Source: an uncultured Phycisphaerales bacterium (GTDB taxonomy: Bacteria > Planctomycetota > Phycisphaerae > Tepidisphaerales > Tepidisphaeraceae). From it: a stretch of 64,000 nt of DNA. The DNA lies in NCBI GenBank assembly GCA_963844715.1, contig CAWJPJ010000007.1, positions 1,024,001-1,088,000 on the forward strand, written 5' to 3'. A model generated the notes under the pieces. That model was not told the origin of the DNA and ran no database searches. It saw only the letters and a list, made by a program, of their open reading frames with translations. Both the position numbers and the translations under genes were made by a program. Shown piece by piece: positions 53,560 to 64,000 of the stretch (its first letter is position 1; every line of letters starts with the position of its first letter).

Positions 53560-54948
53560 TTAGCTATGAGAAGCCACTTGAAGCTCCGTTTCGTACTGGC
53601 GCAGCTTGCGTTGAAGTGTTCGCACTGAGATTCCCAGCAGATCCGCCGCATGGGTGCGATTGCCGTGGCATCGGTCTAGTGCGTTGGTGATTGCCAGCCT
53701 TTCCAACTGATCCATGGTCAGACCCGTGGGGATTTGGCTCGCTACGGTGGCCGAATCGCGACTCCCCCCGGACGCGGTCAGCACTCTCTCCGGGAGATCG
53801 CGCTCGGTCATTACTTCGCCGTCGGCAAGCACAATCATGCTTTCCAGCGTGTTGCGAAGTTCGCGAACATTCCCGGGCCATGGATAGGTCTGGAAGCGTT
53901 CGATCACCTCGCGCGAAATTCGCCGCGCGGCGGTGTGCTTCTGTTCGGTGATCTCCTTCAGGAAATACTCCGTCAACAGCGGAATGTCGTCCGGCGCTGC
54001 CGCAAGGGCGACAGATGAATCGTCACGACGTTCAGCCGATAGAAGAGATCCTCGCGAAACGTGTGCTGTTGAACCATTCCCGGAATATCGCGGCTGGTCG
54101 CGGCGACCACTGCGCACGTCGACCTTGTGATCCTCCTGCCCGCCCACCGGTGTCACCGTGAACGTCTCCAGCACGCGCAGAAGTTTTGCCTGAAGTCCCA
54201 ACTCGAAGTCCCCGATTTCGTCCACGAAGAGCGTTCCGCCGCTCGCTTGTTCAAAGCGGCCGATGCGTTTGTCCGTTGCGCCGGTGAAAGCGCCGCGCAC
54301 ATGCCCGAAAAGTTCGCTTTCCACGAGGGTCGCCGGTACCGCGGCGCAATTCACCGCCACAAACGGCCCCTTTCGCCGCGGGCTGTTTTGGTGCAGCGCC
54401 TGGGCGACCAGTTCTTTTCCCGTCCCGCTTTCCCCCAAAATGAGAACCGTACTGTCGACCGGCGCCGCGCGCCGGATCTTGTCGAACACTTCCATCATCT
54501 GCCGCGATTGTCCGATGATTTGCGTCAGGCCGAATTTCTGATCCAGCCGCCGGCGAAGGTTGTCGATTTCGCGATCCTTGTTCAGCGTCTCGATGGCCCG
54601 GCTGATCAGCAGGATCAGTTCATCAAAATTGACCGGCTTGGTGAGATAGTCGAACGCCCCAGCCTTGATCGCCTCGACTGCCGTGTTAACGCTCGAATGC
54701 CCCGTCAAAAATATAAACTGGGTATCCGGCTTCTTCTCCTTCCATAAATTCAGCAATTCGATTCCGCTGACGTCGCCCAGATGGAGGTCGGTCAGCACGA
54801 CATGAATATCCTCGCCGATATAACTCAGGGCTTTATCAGCGCTTTCAACCGCCATCACCGTTAAACCCTCTGATTTGAGGATCGAGGTGACGGCTTTCCG
54901 CTCTGATTCATGGTCTTCGACGACCAGTACGCGGCCCGATATGGGCAT
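53560..54948 (-). CDS. NtrC-family sigma54-dependent response regulator
   Basis: REC domain, [29 protein letters not shown], Fis-type HTH; compensating frameshifts at ~54110-53995. Confidence 0.93.
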   Translation of the reverse strand: MPISGRVLVVEDHESERKAVTSILKSEGLTVMAVESADKALSYIGEDIHVVLTDLHLGDVSGIELLNLWKEKKPDTQFIFLTGHSSVNTAVEAIKAGAFDYLTKPVNFDELILLISRAIETLNKDREIDNLRRRLDQKFGLTQIIGQSRQMMEVFDKIRRAAPVDSTVLILGESGTGKELVAQALHQNSPRRKGPFVAVNCAAVPATLVESELFGHVRGAFTGATDKRIGRFEQASGGTLFVDEIGDFELGLQAKLLRVLETFTVTPVGGQEDHKVDVRSGRRDQPRYSGNGSTAHVSRGSLLSAERRDDSSVALAAAPDDIPLLTEYFLKEITEQKHTAARRISREVIERFQTYPWPGNVRELRNTLESMIVLADGEVMTERDLPERVLTASGGSRDSATVASQIPTGLTMDQLERLAITNALDRCHGNRTHAADLLGISVRTLQRKLRQYETELQVASHS

Positions 54949-55132
54949 GGCTAAGCCTCCGAACTATCGTCGCCCTGCGATGGTTATCCGCGACGATAGG
55001 TCGTTCATATCATAGAGTGTGAAAATGGGGCAACGGCCAAAATGTCGCGGATATCAGGGTCATTTGTACCCCCCGAGTGCCGTTTTCGAGGGTGGAGCGG
55101 CGGTGGCCGGGGGCGGGTAGAATAGCCGCGGG

Positions 55133-56752
55133 ATGCGAAAACGCCTCGATGATGTGCGAATTTCGCTGGCGGCAAAGTGCCAGATTCTCTTTGGCGCGGC
55201 CGTCATCCTGATCATCGCCACCGCGCTCTATGTCCCGTGGAAGCGGATGGAGCAGATCATTCAGGACGTGAACCAGCAGACCGCCAAAGGGGTAGCCGAC
55301 CAGATGATCATGGAGCACGCCGCTCGGCCGCAGGCGCCGATCGGGCTGGGAGCGCCCACCGACGCCGATTTCGCATGGCCGCGGCTGCTTTCGATCAATC
55401 CCCCAAAGGGAACCCGGCTCGATCGGTTCGAGCGGCAATCGCTGCGCGAGATCGTAGATAAGCCGGATTTGACGCACATCGGTTTAACCTATCGCCTGAA
55501 AAATGTGGATCGGTATCGATATGCCCGGCCGGAATATAACGAGCCGTCCTGCATGTCTTGCCACAACGGAAATACCGCGCCGGTTGGCATGATGATTTCG
55601 GCGGTCCCCGTCTCCTCGGATGCGAGCCGGCCTTCGCCGCGCGCCCTGCTCGGGCTCATGGAAGTCGATATTCCTTCGCAGGTCACGGAAAACCAGCTCT
55701 TCCTTAATCGCGTCTTTATCCTCCTTGCCGGGACGCTCGCCGGAACGCTGGCGATTGGCGCGCTTTATTTCATCGTTAGCCGCCTGATCCTCCAGCCGGT
55801 GCGAGTCTTGCAGGAAACAGCCGAAAAAGTCAGCCAGGGTGATTTAAATATCCGCTCCGACATCAGTTCGCGCGACGAATTTCAGCAGTTGTCCGAAACC
55901 TTCAACACGATGCTCGCCAATCTTCAGACCCGCGACGAGCAGCTCCAGGCCAGCAACAAGGCGCTCGATTTGAAATTGGGCCAATTGGCCCAGACGAACG
56001 TGGCCCTTTATGAGTCCAACCGATTGAAGAGCGAATTCCTGGCCAACGTCAGCCACGAACTGCGCACGCCGCTGAATTCGATCCTCGGGTTTGCCGAATT
56101 GCTGCGCGAAACGGCGGCAGAGAACGCGGACCCCAAACCCGGCCGCTATCTCCAGAACATCCTCCTCGCCGGGCGGAATTTGCTCGATTTGATCAACGAC
56201 CTGCTCGATTTGGCCAAGATCGAAGCCGGGCGGATGGACGTCCGCAGCGAGCCGTTGAGCGTGGGGGACGTCTTTGAAGGCCTCATCAATCTTCTCAAGC
56301 CGCTGGCGGAGGCCAAAACCCTGAATATCGTCACGTCGGTTGCCGCCGAGGTGCCGATTATTCAAACCGATCCCGCGAAACTTCAGCAAGTGTTGTATAA
56401 CTTCCTGTCCAACGCGATTAAGTTTTCCCCTCAGGGCGGGCGCGTTGATTTGTCGGCTGCGATGGACGGACCCGAAAACGTGCGCATCAGCGTCACCGAT
56501 CGCGGTCCGGGCATCGAGCCTGAAAAACACGAAATGATTTTCGAGAAATTCCGCCAGATCGACGGCTCGGTCACGCGCCAGCACAGCGGCACCGGACTGG
56601 GCCTGGCGATCTCGAAGGAATTGACGGCGTTGTTGGGCGGAACGATCGGAGTGCAAAGCGTCGCCGGCGAAGGCGCTTGCTTCTGGATCGTTCTGCCGCT
56701 TCAGATTCAACCGGGTACAAGGGACGTTCGGGAGAAAGCGCAGGTGGCGTGA
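55133..56752 (+). CDS. Sensor histidine kinase with periplasmic CxxCH, HAMP, HisKA and HATPase domains
   Basis: CMSCH between two TMs; SHELRTPLN, N..SNAIKF, D.G.GI, GTGLGL. Confidence 0.92.
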   Translation: MRKRLDDVRISLAAKCQILFGAAVILIIATALYVPWKRMEQIIQDVNQQTAKGVADQMIMEHAARPQAPIGLGAPTDADFAWPRLLSINPPKGTRLDRFERQSLREIVDKPDLTHIGLTYRLKNVDRYRYARPEYNEPSCMSCHNGNTAPVGMMISAVPVSSDASRPSPRALLGLMEVDIPSQVTENQLFLNRVFILLAGTLAGTLAIGALYFIVSRLILQPVRVLQETAEKVSQGDLNIRSDISSRDEFQQLSETFNTMLANLQTRDEQLQASNKALDLKLGQLAQTNVALYESNRLKSEFLANVSHELRTPLNSILGFAELLRETAAENADPKPGRYLQNILLAGRNLLDLINDLLDLAKIEAGRMDVRSEPLSVGDVFEGLINLLKPLAEAKTLNIVTSVAAEVPIIQTDPAKLQQVLYNFLSNAIKFSPQGGRVDLSAAMDGPENVRISVTDRGPGIEPEKHEMIFEKFRQIDGSVTRQHSGTGLGLAISKELTALLGGTIGVQSVAGEGACFWIVLPLQIQPGTRDVREKAQVA

Positions 56753-56786
56753 ATTGGTCCAAGCCCCATACCCTGGGACGCCGGCG

Positions 56787-57419
56787 CTAGCGTGATTCCA
56801 GAGTGGCTCCGGAAGCGGCAAAGCGCGGGAGGAACCGCCCGGTATGACGCCGGTATTCTTCATACGCCGGCCCATGCAAACGCAGCAGATGCGCCTCTTC
56901 GCGCCGCGCTTCAAACACCAGAAGCAGCAAATGGAGAGCGGCCACCAGCAGCATAAGCGGCGATGCGCACGCCACGGCCGTGCAAAGAATCAGTTGCGAC
57001 GACAGAGCATAAATCGGATGCCGCACCAGCGAATATAATCCCGTCGTGACAAGCGGCGTGTTGTCGCTCGGATCGATTCCCATCCGCCACGCCCGTCCCA
57101 TGATCTTCCAGCAAACCCAGCTTCCACCCAGCGCCACCAGCGCCAGCGCCACCGCCATCCAATTGAGCGCCGCGATCGAAAACAGCGGCTGAAGCCACCA
57201 TTGGCGCATATGCCCCAGGGCCGTGACGAATGGAAGTACGATCCAGAGAGCAGTCACGGGAATCCAAACCATGCGCGTCAGTTTCCCAACTATTTCGCCC
57301 GGAATGAAATTAGCCGAGTGCCCGCAAACCCGCCGCGATTTTTGCGCCATGCGCAGGACCCTGCCCCAATAGATCATTACGATGACTCCGATGAGCAATG
57401 TGGGGAGCCGCTCCATCAT
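56787..57419 (-). CDS. Isoprenylcysteine carboxylmethyltransferase-family membrane protein
   Basis: LVTTGLYSLVRHPIY, REE..L...G..Y..Y......FLP. Confidence 0.85.
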   Translation of the reverse strand: MMERLPTLLIGVIVMIYWGRVLRMAQKSRRVCGHSANFIPGEIVGKLTRMVWIPVTALWIVLPFVTALGHMRQWWLQPLFSIAALNWMAVALALVALGGSWVCWKIMGRAWRMGIDPSDNTPLVTTGLYSLVRHPIYALSSQLILCTAVACASPLMLLVAALHLLLLVFEARREEAHLLRLHGPAYEEYRRHTGRFLPRFAASGATLESR

Positions 57420-58299
57420 GATCGCCCCCCTTTGCGGCCGCGCGGCCTCCCAGCGCCCTCTTGTCCCCTCTCCCTGTCCTCCGATAGTTTCCGCAGGATC
57501 GGGTGAGGGGCGGTTCCGGAGGCAGCGATCAACACGTGACCGGCTACGACATGGTGGACTGTTCCCCGGCGGCGCAGAAGGAGCCGTCCCCTGTCGTCGA
57601 TTCCCTGACATTTCCCCGCCAGCGGCGGTTCGTCCGCGCCCGTGACCAGGATCGACTTCCCATTCAATCCGTCATGCTGCGCGATAATCCCGCACGAAGA
57701 CCGCAAACGGCTGTTCAAGCCGCTTGCGCATATGGCGCCGCAATTGGTCGGCCAAACATCGCCAGAACGTCCGTCAGATCGAATTTCCTGCCGCTGATGG
57801 AACTCAAGGAAACGATCCGATCGCGCAGATTCGCCGGCGCGCTGTCGGGATTGAGGTTGACGTTGAGCCCCACGCCGATCAAATCAACCCGATCGATCCG
57901 CTCGCACAGCAGCCCGGCCAGTTTTTTGCCCTGGAAGACGATGTCATTCGGCCATTTGAGTTGAATGCGAGATTCTCCGGTCAATTGCTCGGCCACATCG
58001 CGCATCGCCAGCCCCGCCAGGATCGGAACCTCCTGCGCCGGAATTCTTTCGCGCACAGCCAATGCGAAAGTCACCGTCAGTGACGCCCCCGACCCCGCCT
58101 TGGAAAACCAGGTATTCGCCCCGCGCCCGCGCCCGGCGATTTGCCTCGGCGTCAGCACGATCGCCGGCGCGAAGAGTTTTCCGCGCCGCCGCAGCCGAGC
58201 CGCGTGGTCGTTGGTGCTCCGCACCGTTGGAAAGAAATAAAGTCGAAATGGTTTGACGGCGGCACGCAGACGCCCAAGCTGAAACTGGCCGCGCGGCAT
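57416..58299 (-). CDS. birA: Biotin-protein ligase, no HTH (frameshifted)
   Basis: STND, Q.AGRGR, KWPND, KLAGLL.E, GVGLN, GIDD.G.L; 3' end uncertain. Confidence 0.88.
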
Positions 58300-58305
58300 G
58301 GAGAT

Positions 58306-61300
58306 TTACCCTTCCAACAGAACGATCAGGTCCCCGGCGCTGACAACCGAACCGGGGTTGACCAGGACCTCGCCTACCGAAGCGTCGCGCGGCGAATATA
58401 CCGCCGTCTCCATTTTCATCGCCTCGATGGAAAGCAGCCGATCTCCCGCCTTGATGACCGCGCCTTTTTTGACCGAAACGGTCGATACCTTCCCCGGCAT
58501 CGGGGCCGCGACGTGATTCGGATTGTCCGGATCGGCCTTGGGCTGCTTTTGCGCCGTCGATTCACGCGACCGATCAGAAACCACGATTTCCCGCGGCTGC
58601 CCGTTGAGTTCAAAAAATACCGTGCGCGTCCCGTCTTCCCGCGCGTCGCCCGTAGTCAGATATTTCACGATCAGCGTCTTCCCCGGTTCGATCTCGATGG
58701 AAACTTCCTCCCCGGCCGAAAGCCCGTAAAAAAACGCCGGCGTCGGAAGAACCGACGTATCCCCGTGCGAGCGCAGATGTTTCTGGAATTCCTGAAACAC
58801 CTGCGGATACATCAGGTAACTCATCACGTCGACATCGCGAAGCTCGGAATCAGTCTTTCCCGCCAATTCCTTCCGCACATTAGCGAAATTGGCCGGCGCA
58901 AGCTGGGCCCCGACCCGCCCTTTGATCGCCTTCGCCCCCGCGCTATCCAGGATGATTTTTTGCAGCACCTTCGGCCACCCTCCCTGCGGAAAGCCGATCG
59001 CCCCCTGCATCATCTCCACCACGCTCTTGGGGAAGTTCAATTTCTTGTCCGGCATCAGCACGTCCATCGCCGTCAGCCCGTTGGTCACCATGAACAGGGC
59101 CATATCGCCGACAACTTTGCTCGACGGCGTGACCTTGACGATGTCCCCGAAGAGCTGATTGACCTGGGCGTACATGTCGGCGATGTCGTTCCAGCGGTCC
59201 TCCAGTCCGAGGCTTTTGGCCTGCTGGCGCAGATTCGTATATTGCCCGCCCGGCATCTCGTGGTGGTAGACGGCCGCCGTCCCCGATTTCATCCCCTCCT
59301 CGAATGGATAATACTGCTGCCGCACCGCTTCCCAATAATCCGACAGCCGGTTCAAAGCATCCAAATCCAACCCCGTGTCGCGCGGCGTGTGCTGGAGCGC
59401 CGCCACGATGGAATTGAGATTCGGCTGGCTCGTCATCCCGCTCATCGGCGCCGAGCGCGGCGTCGGCAATGTCCACCCCCGCGTCGCGCGCGCCCGGAGC
59501 ACGCTCCCCGCGTTGACCCCGCTGGTGTCATGCGTGTGGAAATGAATCGGAACGTCCACTTCCTCGCGCAAGGCTTTTACCAGTGCATGTGCCGCATACG
59601 GTCGGCAAAGCCCGGCCATGTCCTTGATCGCCAGGATATGCGTCCCCATCTTCACCAGGTCCTTGGCCAGCTTCACGTAATACTTCAGGCTGTATTTGCT
59701 TCGCCGGGGATTCAGGATGTCGCCCGTGTAGCAGATGGCCGCCTCGCAGATCGAATTGGTCTTCTCGCGAACTGCCGTCATGGCGACCTTCATGTTTTCC
59801 AGCCAGTTCAGCGAATCGAAAACGCGGAACACGTCAATCCCATGCTCCGCCGAGCGAACCACGAATTCTTTCACCACATTATCCGGGTAATTCGTATATC
59901 CCACGGCGTTGCTCGCGCGCAAGAGCATCTGGAAAAGAATATTCGGCACCCTGGCCCGAAGCTGATCGAGCCGATCCCACGGGTCTTCCTGAAGAAACCG
60001 CATCGCCGTGTCGAACGTCGCCCCTCCCCACATCTCCAGGCTGAAATACCTCGGAGCCAGATGCGCAACCGCATCCGCAATCGCTAGCAGGTCGTACGTT
60101 CTCACCCGCGTCGCCAGAAGCGACTGGTGCGCATCCCGGAATGTCGTGTCGGTGAGCAGGAGCGGCTTCTGCTTCCGAACCCACTGGCCGAATTTTTCCG
60201 GACCCAGCTCGATCAATTTTTGCCGCGTACCGGCAGGGGGCTCATCCGCGTCGCAAATTGCGGAATCGGCGCATGCGGGAAATGCCGCGTGGGATCGACC
60301 TTCCCCTTAACGTCGGGCCGTCCATTGACGATCACATCGCCTAGATAAGCCAATAGCCGCGTCGCCCGATCGCGCTTCATGCCGGAATCGGAACAATTCC
60401 GGCGTGTCGTCGATGAATCGCGTCGTGGCCGCCCCCGACATGAACTGCGGATGATGGATCAGATTTTCGAGGAACGGGATATTGGTCTTCACCCCGCGCA
60501 CGCGAAATTCCCGCAGCGAGCCGGTCCATCCGATGGACCGCCTCCTCGAACGTGTTGCCAAACGCGGTAACTTTCACGAGCAGGGAGTCGTAATAGGGCG
60601 TAATCACCGCGCCGCTGAATGCCGTGCCGCCATCGAGCCGAATTCCGAAACCCGCGGCGGATCGATAGCTCGTCAGCCGCCCGTAGTCCGGAATGAAATG
60701 ATTCTGCGGGTCTTCCGTCGTGATCCGCGCCTGGATCGCAAACCCGCGCGTACGAATCTTTTCCTGCTTCGGAATCAAAATCGGCGCCTCGTGCAGCTTG
60801 TAATCCTGGGCGATAAGGATCTGGCTTTTGACGATATCCAGCCCGGTCACGACTTCCGTTACTGTGTGCTCGACCTGAACGCGGGGATTCACCTCAATGA
60901 AATAAAATTCCTGCGTATCCAGATCCAGCAGAAACTCGACGGTTCCCGCGTTTCGATAATTCGCCGCCGACGTGAGCCTCACTGCCGATTCGCAAATGCG
61001 CTCCGCAACGCTTGCGGCAGATTCACCGAAGGGGCGATCTCGACGACCTTCTGATGCCGCCGCTGCACCGAACAGTCGCGCTCCCAAAGGTGCACCAGAT
61101 TCCCGTGCTGATCGGCCAGAATCTGCACCTCGATGTGCTTCGCCCGGGAGATGTATCGCTCCAAAAAAACGTCGGGCCGTCCGAACGGCGTCCCCGCCTC
61201 GCGCTGCGCCTCTTCCACTTTGGAAATCAAATCCTGCGGCTTAAGCACCACGCGCATGCCCGCCCGCCCCCGCCAAAACTCGCTTTCACCATGAGCGGAA

Positions 61301-61766
61301 AGCCGATCTGCTTCGCCCGCTGCCTTGATTTCGGCCGGGTCGGTCAGCGGCCTCGTCCGTCGCCGGGAATCGTCGGAACGTTGTTTTCCATCGCCAATTT
61401 CTTGGCGGCGACTTTGTCCCCGAACGTCTTCAGAATGTCCGGCGTCGGCCCGACGAAGGTGATCCCAGCGTCTTTGCACGCCTGGGCAAAGTTGGCGTTC
61501 TCCGATAGGAATCCATACCCCGGATGGATCGCGTCCACTTGATAACGCTTGGCGATTTCGATGATGGCCGGGATATTCAAATAACTTGTGACCGGCTCGC
61601 CCCCCTCCGCCGGGCCGATCAGGTAAGATTCATCCGCTTTGAATCGGTGCAGGGAGAATCGGTCTTCGTAAGTGAATATTGCAACCGTGTCGCAGATCCA
61701 GTTCCGTCGCGGCCGGAAGACACGGATGGCGATTTCACTTCGATTGGCAACCAGGAGTTTTCGCAT
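58306..61766 (-). CDS. pyc: Pyruvate carboxylase (several frameshifts)
   Basis: [52 protein letters not shown]. Confidence 0.95.
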
Positions 61767-61838
61767 AGACTTCTTCGAGATGCTAAGCGAGACAAGCATT
61801 CAAGGGAACAGCGGTCGGTTGGGCCGGAATCATACGCG

Positions 61839-62561
61839 ATGATGTGGTCGTTATTGAAGAGACTCGCCGGCGGAAATCGGTCGGGCATGGACCTGACCGA
61901 CCTGGGCGGGCTTTACCATGATTACGCCATATTCGGCGTGCGCAGCCGACAATTGCCGGGGATTTTCGCGGCAAATCAAGCCGCCAAAGCGCCTATCCTG
62001 CGGGCCTATATCCAACTGGCCATTGCGAAATCGAAGCCCCACGGCCCGGTATCGTTCACCGAACTCTTCTGCGCCGACGGATACTACACCATGGTCGCCC
62101 GACATTTCGGCGCGGATCGCGCCGTCGGCATCGACAACGACCGCGACGGCCATCTCCGCAACGCGGCAAATATCGCAAATCGACTCGGGCTAACCGAAGT
62201 GCGATTCATCCAGGCCGACGTGACGAACATGACCAATTTCGAGCCGACGGACATCGTCGCAAATCTCGGCGGTTTATATCACGTCTCCGACCCGCGAAAA
62301 GTCCTGACCGATTCGTGGAACCTGGCCCGGCGATTTCTGATCGCGCAGACCGTCTATAGCCTGGAAAAAACCGACGCCGATTATTTGCAGGTCCCCGCCC
62401 CCAAGTGGGATTGGGGCTGCCGCTTCAGCCTCGCCTGGCTGCAATCGCGCATCGCCGACCTTGGCGGGAAAGTGATCGACCAGCACACCAACGAGTTGAC
62501 CGCCAATCCCAATCCACAGGATCGGGGCAGCGCCTACTTCCTGGTCGAAAAACCCGTGTGA
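61839..62561 (+). CDS. Class I SAM-dependent methyltransferase
   Basis: ELFCADGYY, GA..AVGID, D.V..LG.LYHVSDP. Confidence 0.75.
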   Translation: MMWSLLKRLAGGNRSGMDLTDLGGLYHDYAIFGVRSRQLPGIFAANQAAKAPILRAYIQLAIAKSKPHGPVSFTELFCADGYYTMVARHFGADRAVGIDNDRDGHLRNAANIANRLGLTEVRFIQADVTNMTNFEPTDIVANLGGLYHVSDPRKVLTDSWNLARRFLIAQTVYSLEKTDADYLQVPAPKWDWGCRFSLAWLQSRIADLGGKVIDQHTNELTANPNPQDRGSAYFLVEKPV

Positions 62562-63705
62562 CGAGCCGCGCGCAGGCTGCAAATCCACACTACGATGAGC
62601 ATGAAAATGATGACGCCTGTTCGCCACTGGTCCAGCACCGGGCTGTGCGCGCGGCTCACCAATCGCTCCGGAACGAACAGCAGTAGCGTCAATCCCGCCG
62701 CGATCATGCCAACGCCGTTGCCGCGGCGACCGTAAACCCAAAGGGCCGCCCAAAGTGGAATCAGTCCCACGTAGTCGTAGTCGTGGCTATAGCCGACGAA
62801 TACGAACGTGAGGCCCATAAGAATGGCCAGCACGTCCCCCCGGTTCCAGTGACGACGACCCAGCCAGGCGAGAATCGTGCATGCCACACCGCTCGCCGCC
62901 ATCGCGGCGCTGGACACCTTGATTCCGGCCGCTCCAAGCAGTGAGTCAATCCCAACCTTATGCGGCGAACCCGGCGCGTTGTAGATCAACGAAGAATAGC
63001 TCAGTTGAATCGCGGCATGCCACGCCTTGATCATTCCAACCGGACCCTGATCGAAAATCGGATAAGCACTCAGAACAATCGCCGTCGCCATTGCCGCCAG
63101 GAGCAGCTTCCATCTTTTTTCCAAAAGAAACCAAACCCCCAGCAGCAGGCAAAGTTGCGGTTTGAAGCTTGCCACACCCAGGCAAAAACCCGCAAACGCC
63201 CAGGACGGCGCGAATTCATACGCCGCGATGGTCGCGGCAATCGCAACCAGCGACGTCTGCCCCATCCAGACGACGTGCGCCGTAAACGGATTCCCGATAA
63301 TCACGACGGCGAGTACCCAAGGTCCGCACCGATCGCCGGCGTCGCGCCGTGCAATTGCCGGCCTGTCATCCAAATAATCGCGACGACGCAAAAGAGATTA
63401 ACCCCCAGCCAAAAAATCCTGGCGATCCTGTATTTAAACAGCCCCAGCAGGACGCAAATTCCCGCCGCCTGCGGAGGATAAAAGAACAGTATCCGGACGA
63501 CACTGACCGACCCGCGGGCATGCTCCGCCAACTGATCGTGGTCATACGGATTGGCGTGTGCCAGCCAGCATCGTCCCGCCGCCCAGAGGACCGCCCCATC
63601 GAAATTCTGTTGCCCACCTCGGCCGATTCCCACGATGCCAAACGCGCCCAACGAGCCGATTGCCGCCAGCAGACAGACGGCTGCGATAACGTGCCTTCTT
63701 CCCAT
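62534..63705 (-). CDS. GT87 / DUF2029-type membrane glycosyltransferase (frameshifted)
   Basis: D....WAAG......NPYD, FFYPP, GQ, FKPQ, HDYD; multiple TMs. Confidence 0.75.
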
Positions 63706-63708
63706 GAT

Positions 63709-64000
63709 TCACCGCAGCCACGATTGAAAAAGCGTGGCCAGCCCCAATAGGCTCGCTAGTCCGGTCACGTCGGTGACGGTCGTCGCAAAAATCGTCGCCG
63801 ATTGAGCCGGGTCAAACCCGAGTTTGCGCATGACAAACGGAATCCCGGCCCCGCTGATGCAAGCCAGGGTCTGCGTGATGACCAGCGCCGTCGCAACGAT
63901 GGCGCCCAGCGCCCACCCGTGCTTGTATTGCCACAACCACGCGATAATCGCGGTGGTCAGTCCAATTGCCGTCCCGGTAAGAAATCCCACGATCGCTTCT
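63709..64000 (-). CDS. mgtE: MgtE magnesium transporter C-terminus (5' part outside the window)
   Basis: P....KLGFDPA..A..F.TT.TD..G. Confidence 0.85.
   Translation of the reverse strand, partial: EAIVGFLTGTAIGLTTAIIAWLWQYKHGWALGAIVATALVITQTLACISGAGIPFVMRKLGFDPAQSATIFATTVTDVTGLASLLGLATLFQSWLR

Noticed and set aside
54964..54999. CTATCGTCGC/GCGACGATAG hairpin upstream of the NtrC gene as a riboswitch or terminator
   Set aside because: A single hairpin with no U-tract and no recognisable aptamer; function cannot be supported
58141..60087. 648-aa plus-strand ORF and similar long antisense ORFs (e.g. 26196-27413, 55844-56914)
   Set aside because: Shadow frames of pyc and other well-supported genes in GC-rich DNA; no recognisable motifs
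1706..63705. Mass pseudogenisation or programmed frameshifting
   Set aside because: Essential genes are hit, several indels compensate within short distances, and junctions lack slippery heptamers; sequencing error is more parsimonious

Overview
GC-rich bacterial chromosomal window. Gene content and repeat style suggest Planctomycetota (Phycisphaerae-like), which is an inference. It is mostly housekeeping genes: rnr, miaB, leuC, ilvC, two clpP, rpiA, nnrE, pdxJ, dapA, aroD-aroE fusion, fabF-like, comB, birA, pyc, mgtE. Very many genes are split by 1-nt indels that look like long-read errors, and these indels cluster at GCGC. Accessory content: an intact IS5-family element upstream of hicBA; two tandem RHH-like paralogs; an ABC exporter followed by six tandem GT-C (ArnT/PMT-like) glycosyltransferase paralogs, the first three coupled by identical 20-nt overlaps and the last three each with a cloned sigma70 promoter; a maf / degenerate radical SAM-SPASM / neuA-neuB-neuC nonulosonate cluster interrupted by a vapBC pair; a heme-c sensor kinase / NtrC / sigma54 / Zn-ribbon circuit with readable cis sites; and several 7-mer and 9-mer inverted-repeat elements. 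The best candidate for an undescribed system is a ~305-nt minus-strand transcription unit at 31331-31669. It has a promoter, stacked hairpins, a near-perfect complement of the 16S rRNA 3' end driving an 11-codon ORF, and a terminator whose loop is complementary to upstream GUGAGA loops. No rRNA, tRNA or CRISPR array was seen. Protein assignments come from motif recognition by eye; no searches were run.
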